Positions 38,886 through 53,293 are shown, numbered from the stretch's first letter. The stretch is DNA of 64,000 nt from Octopus sinensis (GCF_006345805.1 NC_043011.1:9672001-9736000), one strand, 5' to 3'. Numbers and translations are program-made. The notes: generated by a model not told the origin, from the sequence alone.

Positions 38886-39699
38886 TAGTTAACTGCATTT
38901 GTGTTTTTATTTGAAACATCAAGTGTCTATTTAACCCCGGGTTATCTTCTTAACCTAATAGAAGATTTAGTTGTGTTCAATAGTAAACTAATGATTTCAA
39001 GAGAAACTGGTGGTTCTCTCACCCCCCTCCGCCTCCTTCTTACAACCAACAGATTAAGTTTGATCCATCTCTATATTGATTAATTTAATTACTACTAATA
39101 AATGATCTGTGAAGGTTAACACGTAAAGCAATGACAAAGATTCTTCGTCAAAATCAAATTATCTCGTTTATCTTTTTGTTGATGAATGTTTTTGCTGGAA
39201 ATGGGGTGGGGGTGGGGGCAACAAAAATTGTGGGGTTTCATTTATTTCACTGTAAATTCTTTTCTGTAATCAGTGTTGGTGTTACTCGGAAGAGTGCCAC
39301 AACTGCTTAATGGGGGTACCATATATTTAGTGGAGAGTACTATAACTGGTAGCAAATGTATTAGCTCAGCTCTGCTTCTAGAAATCTTAAGTAGAATTGA
39401 TAATCAAACTTAGATCTTTCTCTAAATATGATTTTAAGTTATTTGGAGATCGTTCTCTCAAGTATAATCACCACTAATCAAATCAGTGAATTAATGATTC
39501 CCTGGTTAGACTCAGCTTTCTAATCACACATCAAATGAGATCTTTGTTCATGGATGCATGTTATGATTTTTAAAAATGTGTGCTTCATTTCTTTAATTAA
39601 TACTTAATTAATAATATATATTAACGAGAAAATCCATCAAATTAAATAAAGTAATCATGATTCTTAAGAGTCGGTTATACGACAATGAAGAAGAAACAC

Positions 39700-40540
39700 A
39701 ACATTTCCTGAGTTCTGCTAGTGTTTCTTGTTAAAGGCACCACTGGTAATGGTAGGAAGACATTATAGTCTACAGCAGTCGATATGTGCTGCTGAAGAAT
39801 GGTGGAAATATTTAGTTCTTCAGTCAAAAAAGGAACTAAAAATTACATATAAATGGTGTTTGGTGTGGTGTTCAATAACAAGTATTAGAAAAATATATCA
39901 CTCAAGCCAGACTGACAGAGATTAGGAGTAAAGACATTTTGATGTCTTCAACGAGAGAAGGAGAAAGTTGCTGTCACTGTTTGCAAATGATGTTAATGGT
40001 GGATGTATTGGCATTTTAAGATGAAGTAGGTCAGTAGAAACATTATTATCATAAAGAGATTTTTATATCATTAATACAAGCTTGAATGGGATTTTTTCTC
40101 ATCAATATTGAACAAGCAAGAAAGTTTTTATTCTTAGCAGTTTTTGACAGTTTTTATAAGTGCACAGAAGACAGATCAAAAGAAGAATAGCTGTAGAACT
40201 ATCAATAAGTCTAAGAATATTGTTGTTGAGTGACTTGGAAAAACAGCAATAATAATATTATGTCAACAATTCTGCTGCTTTGTTGCAAAGATTCTCTTCT
40301 CTCACCAACAATCTCTTCTTCATGTTCAAACAAGAAAAAAAACTCTCAGATTTCACACTAAAATACCAAATTATAGTTGGAGAAGTTCCTAGGCAGAAGA
40401 ATTCTCATTGTTATAAATATGGTTCAACTAACCCATTGTTCATTGACATGATAGAGTTTTATATGGAAGGATTCCAATTTATGTACATCTCAGTTTATCA
40501 GCAAACTCTAAATATTTGGGATCAATCTAAAATGATAGTG
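39700..40540 (+). mobile_element. Possible decayed pogo/Tigger-like transposase
   Basis: Only fuzzy matches (A*M for AWM at ~40078, RILLLSD at ~40215) in the expected order. Confidence 0.2.
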
Positions 40541-41100
40541 TAATCTTTAAAATTTAAATTTTTCATATATTTTAATAAAAATGTTGCTTTTATTGCTTCT
40601 CTTAAACACTAACTTCACTCAAAACACGATCTTTGGCCTCAGTCTCTCTCCCCCTCTCATTCACTGCCATCTTTTGTACTTCCTACCCCCATCTTTAAAC
40701 TGAAACTCCTTTGTCATGCTTATCAGCCAGTCCAACTTTTCGTTGTCATGCCAGCATTGCTTCAACAATTATAATTGTAAAGACAATAAGGATATTGTTC
40801 TTGTATAACAAAGAGAACACACACTGTCTGTCTGTCTGTCTGTCTGTCTCTCCTCTTAAATTAGGAGAACACTCTTGCTCCCAGCTGTTTCTCCCTAGTA
40901 ACAATAATAATTTCTGACATAATCACAAAGCTACAATTACTTCAGGGGAGGGGCACAGTTAATTACAGTCAATTGGTGATTATTTCACTGACCCTGAATA
41001 GATGAAGAATCAAGAACAATTCCAAGGGATAAGAAATCAGAATGCAATGAAATAGAATTAAATAGTCAGGCATTTGTCTTGATTTTGTCACATCAGCATC

Positions 41101-41155
<55 letters not shown>

Positions 41156-41159
<4 letters not shown>

Positions 41160-41715
41160 GCCCTGATGCAGTACCAGGCAGTGGCACACGTGACTTCTGA
41201 TCTTAACTGATTGGAAGTGTTATCATGTACATTGTTTTGTCTTGGTATAAAAGATGAGCTACAGCAAATATTCTGCTCAATACCACAGATTTGCTTGTCA
41301 GCTGTTTGACCTTAACCAGGTGACCATGTCCCTTAGTGGCTGACGATATATGTATCTCTGATCACGGGCAGAAGTAGTGGGGAAGCATCATAGGTATGTG
41401 TTGAGAGGGATTCTTAGTGGTTTGAATAATTCACCTCTGGAAACATGGGTGTTTCATTCAACATCCTTAAACAACCCTTATTCAGCGACCTTTTGAGCAG
41501 GATGGGCTACTCAACCAGAAGAAAATTCTAACTGGGCCCCACCTGCAAGGTCATGTGCTGTTTATCTTGATATGAGATTACCATGTCGTGCACATAGGGT
41601 TGTGATGCATGTGCTTAGTGTACCCTTATCAGATGGGTAGTCATGATGGGTATACTGGGCTTCGTATATTTTACCCCAGTGTCACTTTGATGGCATCCAC
41701 TGCTCTCTCATTCAC
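41156..41715 (+). mobile_element. Unclassified ~550-bp interspersed element, copy 2
   Basis: Colinear with copy 1, with 15 extra 5' nt (AAATGCCCTGATGCA). Follows (TAA)n at 41101-41155. Confidence 0.8.
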
Positions 41716-41730
41716 TAATGATGATAATAT

Positions 41731-42634
41731 ACTCAGCAGCTTTTGTAGATTGGACAAAAACATATTAGCAAAGCAAGACAGAAGAACTAGGAAGGAATTC
41801 GATAGGAACAGAGGACTCTAGCCAAGGATAAGAGTAGCAAGATTATACCTACCTAGAAAGGAAGGTGGAAGAGGATTAATATCTGTAGAAGACTGTGTGG
41901 AGTTAGCTAGAGCAAGGGAAACCAAAGCACTAAACAAACTTAAAAACCAGAAAAAAGAATAGAAATTATCTGACTGGCAGGAGAAAGCATTGCATGGTAG
42001 ATTCCCAAAGATAGTTTCAGCAAATAGTAGTAGTGAGACATGGTTATGGCTGCAGAAAGGAAAGATGAAAAGGGAGACAGAAAGTTTGTTAGTAGCTTCA
42101 CAAGGTCAAGCATCAAGGACTAATTGGATATAAGCCAAAATAGACAAAAACCAAGTAGATTTCCAATGTAGATTATGCAAATCAAAAGAAGAAAGCGTTA
42201 CTCATATAGTAAGTGAATGTAGCATGCTGGCACAGAAAAATACAAGAAAAGACATGATGACCTAGGCAGAGTAATCCACTGGGAGTTTTGTAGAAAGCTA
42301 GGATTTGAACATACTGATAATTGGTATGAACATGAACCTAGTAAAGTACTAGAAAGTAAGAAATATAAGATGTTGTGGGGCTTTAACATTCAGACAGACA
42401 GCGTAATAGAAGCTAGAAGGCCTGATTTGGTAGAAGTAGACAAAGAGAATAGAAAGTACCAGATAATTGACTTTACTGTCCTAAATGCTTGGAACTGCAG
42501 GAATTCTCTACAAGGTTCTTGAAGCATGACAGTAAACAAGTGTCACCTTAGTCTGCTGGCTGTGGACGCTGACACTTTCCATCATACCCAGCAAAATAAA
42601 CTGAGAGTTTTCATCAAATAACAATAACAATAAT
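41731..42634 (+). mobile_element. R4/Dong-clade LINE fragment (post-RT, CCHC, restriction-like endonuclease, 3'UTR, AAT tail), internally deleted
   Basis: RLYLPRKEGGRGLISVEDC, WQEKALHG, CRLCKSKEESVTHIVSEC, RRPDLVEVDKENRKYQIIDF, GTAGILYKVLEA*. Confidence 0.85.
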
Positions 42635-42645
42635 GATGGTGATGA

Positions 42646-43091
42646 GGCCTGGATGCAGTGCCAGGCAATGGCTCACATGGATTTTCATCTTAACTGGATG
42701 GAATTGTTAACATGATAAATATTCTGCTCAGATTTGCTTGTCAGTTGCTTGACCTTAACCAGTTGAGCATGTCCCTTAGTGGCTGACGATATGTGCATCT
42801 CTGAGCACAAGCAGAAGTAGTGGGGGAGCATCATAGCCATGTGTTGAGAGGGATACTTTGGGATTGGGATAATTCACCTCTGGAAATATGTATTCAAGGG
42901 ACCTTTTGAATGGGATGAGCTATTTGACCTGAAGAAAATACTAACTGGGCTCTAACTGCAGGGTCAAGTGCTGTTCATCTTAATATGAGGTCACCATGTC
43001 ACACACACATGGTTGTAATGCATGTGCCTGCTGTACCCTTATCAGATGGGTAGTCATGATGGGTATACTGGGCTTTGTATATTTGTGCCCC
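42646..43091 (+). mobile_element. Unclassified ~550-bp interspersed element, copy 3 (more diverged, 3' end cut by a SINE)
   Basis: Colinear with copies 1 and 2. Sits in the AAT tail of the R4 fragment. Confidence 0.75.
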
Positions 43092-43270
43092 ACTCTTACT
43101 TTCTACTATGAGCACAAGGCCTGAACTAGTCAAACATACCAACACAAGAGCTTGACTTGTACTTTATTTCATCAACCCCAGGAGGAGAAAATGCAAAACT
43201 TACTTCAGTGCAATGTGAACTCAGAACATCAAGAGCCCAAACCTGTACAACAAGGCATTTTGTCCACCAT
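43092..43270 (-). mobile_element. SINE family A copy
   Basis: Reverse-complement similarity to family A. Confidence 0.55.
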
Positions 43271-44137
43271 TCTAGAGAAATCTATGAAGTATTCTACTAA
43301 ATGTAATCAAAGTTTGTGAACAGAGCTGACATCACAAGAAATAATGGAAGATTTGATCATAATCCGCATAAGTTTCTCACTGATTCAGTCTCTCTTGGGA
43401 TGTGAGATTTAAGGATTTCTCCAGAAATAAACCGAACAATGCCACCATATTCCATAATCCTTTGCTTTAACCTTATCACCATCATCATCATCATCCTCAT
43501 CGTCAGTAGTAGTAGTAGTGGTGGTGGTGGTGGTACTAGTAGTAGTAGTAGTAGTAGTGTTGGATACTAGTGCTGGTTTTTAAATTTGTTTATTCTGTTC
43601 TGTATTTGTTAAGTGTGCATATGAATGTATGTATATATATTCCTACAAGCATGTGTGTATATTTTCATAAAAGCATGTGTATGTATATATTCCTATAAGT
43701 ATGTATGTCCTTATACATGTATGTACATGAATGCATTTTTATTTTGGCCCTCTATCCCCATCTCTTCCCCTTGTCTCAGAAGTTCTTCTCCCTGGCCATT
43801 CCTTCTCCCCACCTCCATATAGCAGCCCCCACCCACCCACCTCCCCATGCCAAGCTACTTTTATTTTCCCCAACGAGTTTCTCTGAATATTCTGATTCTC
43901 CTCACAACTTTCTTCTTTTGCATTTGTGACCACAGAACAGCAGAAAAGGAGTGGTGGGAGAAGCAGGGGGGAGGAGGGGAGGGAGAGAGAGAGAAAGAAA
44001 AAGAGGAAAAGTGTATCCATGTGTGGTTATATGTATAATATACCACATTTGTGTGTATATATAGAAATATATATATGTGCGTGTGTCTGTGTCAGTTTAT
44101 ATGTGTGTGCGTATATATATATGCACACACATATATA

Positions 44138-44169
<32 letters not shown>

Positions 44170-45329
44170 TGCGTGTGTGTGTGTGTGTGTGAAACAAGAC
44201 TGTTGCTAATGATGTAGCAACTATTAAGATTGATTCCCCCCCACTGCTTAATGACTCTGTCAGAAATTCTAAAGGAATGAGATTAGAAACCATTTTATAG
44301 AACTGAAATTTTGGTTGGTTGATATAACTGACACCTCTTAAATTGTAACAACTACTCTATATTTACTCCTACTACTAGCAATCAAGAACCTTCATTTATA
44401 GTTCTAAGACTGATACTGGTCTTGAGAGAGGTTCTTTTTTTTCTGCCATCGTCCATCACAGATATTCTATATTAAATGTATTTCGCTGATTTCTGTCCAA
44501 TGGTGAAACAAATTATTCATCCTGCCACATCGTATAACAATTTCTCCCCCTTCACCTTGGGTAGTCCTACCCCATTTAACCTTCACTGCCTCAACTCCCA
44601 CACATCTAGATCCTTCTCAATCATTCTTTACCTCACCCCTTCTAGACATTATCCACCCCACCTCTTCCATTATGTACTAAACACTTCCCCAATATTTATA
44701 ATTCTGAATTGCTACCTTATAACATTTAACTCCAGCTGGGTCGTGTCCTAACACTCTGAACTGTAACCATTGCAGGAGTTGAGTACCATTCTTGTAATTT
44801 ACCCATCAGTCCTCTAAATTACCCATCATGCCACTAATTTACTCAGAATTCTTCCAGCTGAACTTTGATCAAGATTACAAAACAGAATATCCCACTGCCC
44901 ACCCCACACTTACCATTATTATTATGAAAGTTACAAGCTGGCAGAATCATCAGCATGTTGGACGAAATGCTCAGTGGCATTTCATTTGTCTTTTAGAAGC
45001 ACCATTTGAGCATAGTCATTGCCAGTGCCGCCGGACTGGCCCCTGTGCTGGTGGCACCATGTAAAAAGCACCATTCAAGCATGGTCAACGCTAATGCTGC
45101 CTGACTGGCCCCCGTGCCAGTGGCACGTAAAAAACACCCACTACACTCTCAGAGTGGCTGGCATTAGGAAGGGCATCCAGCTGTAGAAACCTTGCTAGAT
45201 CAGATTGGAGCCTGGCACAGCCGACTGGCTTGCCAGTCTTCAGTTAGACCATCCAACCCATGCCAGCATGGAAAGTGGACGTTAAAACGACGACGACGAC
45301 GACGATGATGATGATGATGATGATGATGT

Positions 45330-45485
45330 TCTGAGTTCAAATTCTGCCGAGGTCAACTTTGCCTTTCATTCTTTCAAGATCGATAAAATAAGTACCAGCT
45401 GAACACAGGGGTCAACGCAATCAACCCCACCCCTGAAATTGCTGGCCTTGTACCAAAATTTGAAAGCAATATTATTATTATTATT
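45330..45485 (+). mobile_element. SINE family A copy (3' part; head remnant near 44935-44990 separated by an RTE-3' repeat)
   Basis: GAGTTCAAATTCTGCCGAGGTCAACTTTGCCTTTCAT and ATT tail. Confidence 0.7.
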
Positions 45486-48129
45486 AATGTATAATGAGGA
45501 TAAATATTTCCAAACCATTCTGATTACTTTGAAGTAGAATTGTAACTAATTAAAAAAGAATTGCAGGATTATTCAGGGGCTCAATGAACTACACAGAACA
45601 AGGTTTATACATAAACCCCTACAGTCATGATGTTTCATTCTAAATCTCAAAGCTACCGAATCTCTCAAACAATAATCATGCTGGAGCAGAAAGCAGAGCA
45701 AACTGATTCCAGCTGATTTTTTGGACTGCCATAACTGGCCACATTAAATTCTGAGACAGCATAGATTACAGTGAGGTGAAAGGCATTGAGACGGAGAGTT
45801 GAACCAACATCTTCATCTTCAACGATAACGCATCTATTGATGATGATGATGATGATGATGATTTGATGGAAGAAATGATTGAAACAAGAGGAAGAAGACA
45901 AATCAACTGTTCAATAAAATAGCTTTGTGAGACTTCATTGAGTGTTAATAGGCAAAGTGGAATAGCTGCAACAAGAGCAGCGTATTTCTGCAGCCGTTCC
46001 AGTAAAATGTTAGGAATTAGACCAATGGTGTGTGTTTGTGGCAAGAAATCAATACGGTTTGTTTATCTCACTCCAGTTATGATTTCTCTCAATGTTAAAA
46101 TTATAGAATCTTTGTTAACCATGAATAGAAAATGAGATTTTTGTTTATATTATGTAAGAATAGTACACTCTCTACACACAGACACACACACAGACACACT
46201 CACATACATGCATGTGCACACCCATACACACACCCACACACGTGTAAATATGTACTTCCAATCATTTTTCTATAATCCATAATCAGAAGTATCCATTTAT
46301 GGGTGACTGACCTTAATACATTCTATAGTTTTTTTTGTTTCTGTGGGGGTGGGCATGTTTTAAATTTGAAATTATAAATTGATGATGAATGTGAATGGTT
46401 TATTATGAATCAAAATTTATGGAGTCAAAAAATATTGAAAAAAATATAAAAGCAGTTAATGGTCAATTAATAGTAGTTAGTCCCCTTTTAGGTCAATGAT
46501 GGTACCATTGAAGAACTAGACAGCTTGTAATAAATCAAGCAAAAACAAAAAAAAAGCTGGAAAGCTTTTCGATTGATGTTGGATGCTTTTGGGTGGGTGT
46601 TGGGGGTGTGACTCAGAGCTGCCAGGCTAATAAAACATCAATTTTAAATTGCTTCCACTGTTTTACAGAAGTTAATTATATCCCTGTGTGAAAATTCCTT
46701 GGAGGTGGGTGTAGTGAAGTCATAGTTGAGGCTGGGAAAATATCTTGGAGTCATTCCAGTATTTCCAGGCTTCTAATGAATGATACCTAACGTATCTTTA
46801 ATATTTTCAATATTGCTATAAAAATACTTTGTTTAGTGTCCTCATGGAAATCTAGTGCTTCACCCTGGCACCACACACAGATGAAAACCTTGGCCAACAG
46901 AACAAGAGACTTTGGAGAAAGAAACACAAGGAGAGAAACTTTGGAGACATGTTCCACATTACAACCCCCCCCCCGCCTCCAGACACATTTCTGTTTCTGG
47001 GGCTTGGGGATAGGTTGGTGCTTATCTCAGTAAAAACTGTCAAACAGCAAGTTAGGTTGTGAGAAGTGACATCTGTTGGCAGGAATAGAACTTCAAGTCT
47101 TGCCAGAGAACCATTTCTGTTACTGATACTCACAGCTATGGTGCCATCCCAATAAATGGACAATGCACCACCATACAGAAAACAAAAAAAAAAAAGTAAT
47201 TTTAAAAAAATCTTTTGTATATGATTAAAAATGGTGGCATAGTTTTGGAGACTTAGTTGCTAATTACATAGACAATAACGATGTTATATTAATTAATAGG
47301 TGACAATCATCTGTAACCACCACTAACCTCCATTATGATTTGTTTCCCATGTGGAACCGTGATGTTGTGATGGTTACACCTCTTCTAATGACTCTAGGGT
47401 TCTAAGCAGGGACATGAAACAGAACAGGTTTCAGGAATTTAGTCACAAATCCCATCTTGTCTTTCACCCACCCCAACATGCCATTCATTAGCTAATTGTT
47501 TCACATACACTTTAATTAAAACTCGGAACATATTTCTTAAAATTCAACCAATCGTTGCCATTGTTTGTATTTTTCTTTTCTTTTTTTTTTTAAAGCTAAA
47601 GACTTACAAAACAAATCCAAATCCAAAAATGAAATCAAAACATTATTTTCTTGTAATGGACAAAGAAAAATGTTAAAACAAAATTTTACCTGACTTTTTT
47701 TTTCATTATTGCAAATTTCATTGACTTTTCCATTAAATACTTACCTAAAAGAAAAACAGAAAAAAGCAGAATATAATATAAATATATATATTTGATGTAT
47801 AAACACACATACATATAAATATATATACATTTACAAGAACACATACACACACATCTATATAAATATACACACAGACATCTGTCTATGTATGTATCTATCT
47901 ATCTATCTATATCTATGTATCTATCTATCTATATATGTGTGTATGTGTTTAGATATATATATATATACACATGTACACACGCACACACACACACACACAC
48001 ATGGCTTCTCAATCAGTTTCAGTGATTAATATTCTGTTATTCAATCTTTCAAACTATTTCCTCATTCAATTAACGAATTGATGACTATGCCATAAACAAG
48101 CGTCTCCTCATTAACCTAATTCTCAAAGA

Positions 48130-48345
48130 GAATCAGTGAGGCACAATGTGGCTGGTCTTGGAATTAAATGGACAATCCATCTGATGACCATCCCCACAGA
48201 TTTCACTCACAGAGTTAGGATCAACCCAATGTTGTGATGAAACACATCTGACCAAGTTGCCATGAAATAGAATTGAACCCATAACTTCATGATTGTGAAG
48301 CAAGATATTTAAGCATTCAGCCATACTTGCCAGCGGAAGCCACAC
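48130..48345 (-). mobile_element. tRNA-headed SINE family C (related pieces ~5030-5165, ~35210-35315, ~35940-36050, ~52533-52690)
   Basis: Minus strand TGGCTGAATGCT (A-box-like) ... GGTTCAATTC (B-box). Confidence 0.55.
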
Positions 48346-48360
48346 ACATACATATGCACA

Positions 48361-48444
<84 letters not shown>

Positions 48445-48679
48445 AGAAACCAATTTAATTAAATGTATTTGCAATAACAAATGTAAAAAAATTCAGATTT
48501 GAACTTTTCATTGAATCAAAGAAATAGGTCAGACTAGAGACAATAAAGGTTGCAAGGTCAAAGGTGAAGGGTTATTTGGTTTTACAACTGATTTACTTAT
48601 ATTATTTAGATGTAATGGTTCCATATTTGTGAAGAGGTAGAGTGAAGCAAGTCTGTATTTTCTGCAAGTAATTACTTTG

Positions 48680-48870
48680 GTCATTAAGTCTGCGAGTTGG
48701 CAGAATTGTTACTGCACAGGACAAAAGGCTTAGCGGCGTTTCGTCTGCCTTTATGTTCTGGGTTCAAATTCTGCTGACCTTTCATCCTTTCAGGGTCGAC
48801 AAAATAAGAACCTGTTGAGTGCTGCCCTGAAATTGCTGGCCTTGTTCCAAAATTTGAAAGCAATAATTAG
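48680..48870 (+). mobile_element. SINE family A copy
   Basis: TGGCAGAATTGTT...GGGTTCAAATTC. Confidence 0.7.
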
Positions 48871-49019
48871 TTTGGCCATTAAAATAAGAGAGAAATAATT
48901 ACATCCTGGTAAAGTCTTGTTAGCCACCGATAACATTGTAACATTTTGCTTTCGGTTATTTCTAGTAGCTTTATTGTGGCACATGCTGGGAAGTATGATA
49001 ATAATAATGATAGTTGTTT

Positions 49020-49200
49020 GTAATAAAGGCAGAAGGCCTGAAATTTGGAAGAGGGCTTAATTGATTCCACCAACCCCCAGTACTTCACTGGTATTTATTT
49101 TATCAAACCCCAAAAGGATGAAAGGCAATATCAATCACATAAAGCCAGAAGAATTGTTGCTAAGCAATTTCCCTTGACATGCTAATGATTCTGTCACCTT
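49020..49200 (-). mobile_element. SINE family A copy
   Basis: Reverse-complement similarity to family A. Confidence 0.6.
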
Positions 49201-49234
49201 TAAGAGAACAACAACAACAATAATAATAATAACG

Positions 49235-50150
49235 AAATTTGACTTAGAAAAATGTGCCAAAGACACCTTGAAAACGAGTTAAGAGTAGCAACATCACACT
49301 AGATAAAGCAAAGGAAATAAGAGAATTCGACCAAAGCCAGACATACAAATATTTAGAAATCAATGAATTAGATACGATACAACACACACAAATGAAAGAG
49401 AAGATAAAAAAGAATACTGTAGACGAGTTAGATTAATGCTGAAAAGAGAGCTCAATGCGAAAAACAAGATGATAGGTATCAACACTTTAGCTGTCCCAGT
49501 TATAAGTTACAGCTACAATATTCAAAATGAACTGATCAAAATGGACAGGAAAACAACAACAAAAAAAAATAATAATGACTGAATTTAGGATGCACCACCC
49601 AAAATCTAACATAGAAAGGTTATACGTACAACGTATTGAAGGTGGTAGAGGCCTGATACAGCTAGAAAACTATTATAAAATATCCATCATAATATTACAC
49701 GCATACTTCAGAAGCAAGGAAAACTAATACAAATAGCCACAAAAGATGAGCAAAACAAAAAACTGTTTTCTGTCTTTAAGGAAGCTGACAAATACAAAAA
49801 AGAAGTCATAGTACCTAACAACTATGAAGAAACAACAAAAGCTGTATAACAGCTGAAATCCAAACTAAAACTGGAACGGCAACGGACCATGATAAAACGA
49901 TGGCAAGAAAAGTGCTGTCATGGCAAACACTGGGTTAAGCTAAAGAGAAAAGAAATAGACAAAGCAAAATCCCAACAATGGCTGAGAAGCTCAGGACTCA
50001 AAGCAGAGACTGAAGGGTTTTTAATTGCAGCACAAGACCAAAGCCTCCCCACCAAAAATCACTAAAAACACATCATGGAAAAAAATTGCAGAATATGTGG
50101 TGATGGAGAAGAAACAATAAATCATATTGTCTCTGGCTTCCCAGTCCTCC
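49235..50150 (+). mobile_element. R4/Dong-clade LINE fragment
   Basis: LEKCAK, KNKMIGINTLAVPVISYS, HHPKSNIERLYVQRIEGGRGL, GLKAETEGFLIAAQDQ, CRICGDGEETINHIVSG. Begins after (CAA)n(TAA)n. Confidence 0.85.
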
Positions 50151-50229
50151 AAAAAGATGAAAGGTAAAGTTGACCCCAGTAGCATTTGAACTTAGAGCTG
50201 AAAGGTAACAAGTGAAGAAGAGTTCCCTT

Positions 50230-50880
50230 TCCTGGCTAAAACCGAGACCAATGTCCTCAACAGTGTGGCATGAAGTGACTCAAATACCAGACATTAGATA
50301 TGACAATTTTTAATTCCTTGATAAACCATAAAGTCTACTCTAAGGTCTCTTCTATGTGAGAGGGTCAAAAAGATGGGGGCAGATTACACAGAGTAAACTG
50401 TTAAGGGACTGATGAATATTGCCAGGACATAGATCCATTTGAGATAGAACTAATCACAACTTTCTTCTGCCCATATTTAGACATCCATCTGGTTCTTCAG
50501 ATGTTAGAACTGTTGAGATAGATTGAGATAATCCCTAGTAGTCAGTAATCCTGTTTCTGTATTAAAAGAACGCTAAGAGTGAAAACACTCTTCAGGCAAT
50601 GGAAGGGAATAAAGAGATAACATGGTTAATGAGAATAGAATTGAGCGGTGGGACATAAAAGTAAGTTGACAGCATGAAATGAAAGAAACCAAGTCTACAT
50701 GAATTTACTCCAGGAAGGACACAAAGCTCTAAATTGTCTCAGAGTTGGAGAAAAGAAACAGAAACGCTGAGGGCATTCATTATTGACTCACAGAAGAATG
50801 GGAAAATAATCCAGGTAAAATTAAAATATCTCTGGTACTTAAGGGAAAATGTGATTTTTTTTGTCAGGGTCTGTGACAAC
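50230..50880 (-). mobile_element. Highly degenerate L2/CR1-like RT fragment
   Basis: Weak remnants resembling the GVPQG and YADD neighbourhood. Confidence 0.3.
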
Positions 50881-51460
50881 AAGGGATAAGCTTTGGTGTT
50901 ACTGAATCTCACCATTGATGTAGAAATAACACAAACTAGGAAACATAGTGCATGTGTGTGTGTATGATGGGGGAGGGGTCAGTATCTTTATTCTACTCAG
51001 GCTCATAAATATTTAAAGTGGGGAGGAAATGGGGGTCATCTGAGACTGATGTCTTTCTCAAAGATATCAACAGTAAAAGTGAAGAAGTTTTAATCTAGGA
51101 TTGAAACTGTGCAGCATAATTAGCAAACTCTGAGCTAATATTTAGGTGTGGAGCAAGCAGTACTACAAGAATGGTCATATAGAAGAACAAGGGTTTAGGG
51201 AATTGTGGGATTGAAGGTGAGATATCAGGGATATTGGAGTAGGGGTGGGGAAAAGGTGAAGAGAGAATTTTGTAGAGGGTGAGGATCAATGAAACAACAG
51301 ATCTGATGTATCCTGGGGTAGGGTAAAAGTAGGGACTTTGAAAGGGTGCAAGGATCTATCATTAAGGGTGGATCACACTGAATTGGACGAGGAGAGGGGG
51401 AAGTAGGTCAAAACGAATAATTATTAATAATTAGTGATGTATGTAGGAAAACATGACGAG

Positions 51461-51656
51461 GATGTGTAACGAGGGAAGAAGTAGAAGAGGACAGGGAGGG
51501 AGGAGAGCAAGGTGGTGGGGTTGATGTGTAACGAGGGAAGAAGTACAAGAGGACAGGGAGGGAGGAGAGCAAGGTGGTGGGGTTGATGTGTAACGAGGGA
51601 AGAAGTAGAAGAGGACAGGGAGGGAGGAGAGCAAGGTGGTGGGGGTGATGTGTAAG
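51461..51656. repeat. 62-bp purine-rich minisatellite, 3.2 copies
   Basis: GATGTGTAA at 51461, 51523, 51585 and 51647. Confidence 0.95.
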
Positions 51657-53006
51657 GGAACAGAATTAAGGAAAGAAACAGTAGAATCAATGATTGAAAG
51701 ACTGAGTAAAAGAGAAATGACAATTGAGAGAGTGTGTGTGTGTGTGTGTGTCCGTGTGTGAAGTGTATATAGATAGTTAAATATGCAGCAAAACCACAGA
51801 TAGATGCGAGAGAGAGAGAGGGAGAGAGAGAGAGATTATGAAAGTGTGGTAGAATTTCATTTGAAAGCCATAAACACAGCAGGCTGTCTTGTAATCTCCC
51901 AGAGTTCTTTACTTTTATTCCACAATCAGATAATCAAAAGACAAAGCAGATGTTTCTGATGCTTCTGGAACAAAATAATAATAATAATAACAATAAGAAG
52001 AAGAAAGAGGAAAAAAGTATTTCTAATCGTGGAAGGCAATTAAAAGTTGTAGTAATTTCATTACAATGAGAAATCTGATGAATGGCATCTGTGGCTGAAA
52101 GATCCAGGGAAGCGTTTCCAAAGAGAATTATCCAAAAATTAACATTAACGAGATTTATTTTCTTATCAATTGGATGAGAAATACCAGACAAGACTTTTGG
52201 TGGACACAAGCTACAAAAGGTTACAGAATTTCACTCAAGGTGCAGGATTCAAATATAGAAAGGACTGGACACTTGAGGTAGAATAAGCTCGATACCAGTA
52301 ATATACCAGGAACAATTTCACTATACCCAACATGCAATACAAATAAATTATAATCTATTTGTATAATTATACAGTCAAATCAAATAAATATTGCTTTATT
52401 TAAAAAATCAGAAACTTAGAGCTATGATTCAAAAGGTTTTCATTTCTATACCATGTGTTTGTGTGTGTGTGTGTGTGAGAGAGAGAGAGTGTGTGTGAGA
52501 GAGAGTGTATGTGAGAGAGAGTGTGCGTGTGTAATAGGCATATATGCTGTGTAGTTAAGAAATTTGTTTTGTAAGCCCAAGTTTTCATGCTCAGTTCCAC
52601 TGTACACCATCTTTAGCAAGTGTCTTCTACGATCAAATCTGAACTGACCAATACAGCACAAGTAGAATTTGGTAGCAAAGCCCATCTGACACACACACAT
52701 ACATTTATATACACACATGTATCCACACACATACATATCTATATGCATATATGTACATGACTGCTTTTGTGTGTGTGTGTTCATGTTTGTGGACCAAAGC
52801 TTAGCAACTCATCAAATAGAGAATGAAACAATAAATGTCAAACTGGTATTGATTGACTAAATTTTTAAAGGAGCTGCTCCAGTATGGCCACAGTCAAATG
52901 ACTGAAATAGCTAAAATGATAAAATAATAAGAATAATGATAATAGTTGCATGGCACCTCAGGCCTTGTGAGTGGATTTGGTAGACGGAAACTGAAAGAAG
53001 CCCATC

Positions 53007-53046
<40 letters not shown>

Positions 53047-53250
53047 AAATATTAGGGAATGAATCCAAAATTACAGGGAAAAATCAGACTTCAAAATTTG
53101 ATACTGATTAGAAGATCGAAAATCCACCTGAAGATTGTCGGAGCAGACATGAAACATTTGTAGTGGCAGTTTATTTAATTTATATTAAAATTTTATGTTT
53201 TGATTAAGTCTTTCCTTGTTTGGTTTTAAAATAGTGGTTTTGTCTCGAAT

Positions 53251-53293
<43 letters not shown>

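Noticed and set aside
45660-46135. Coding-looking segment with an Asp run
   Set aside because: Multiple in-frame stops; the acidic run is a (GAT)n microsatellite.
50990-51420. Penelope-like RT remnant on the minus strand
   Set aside because: Only a vague resemblance near the catalytic region; too degenerate to call.
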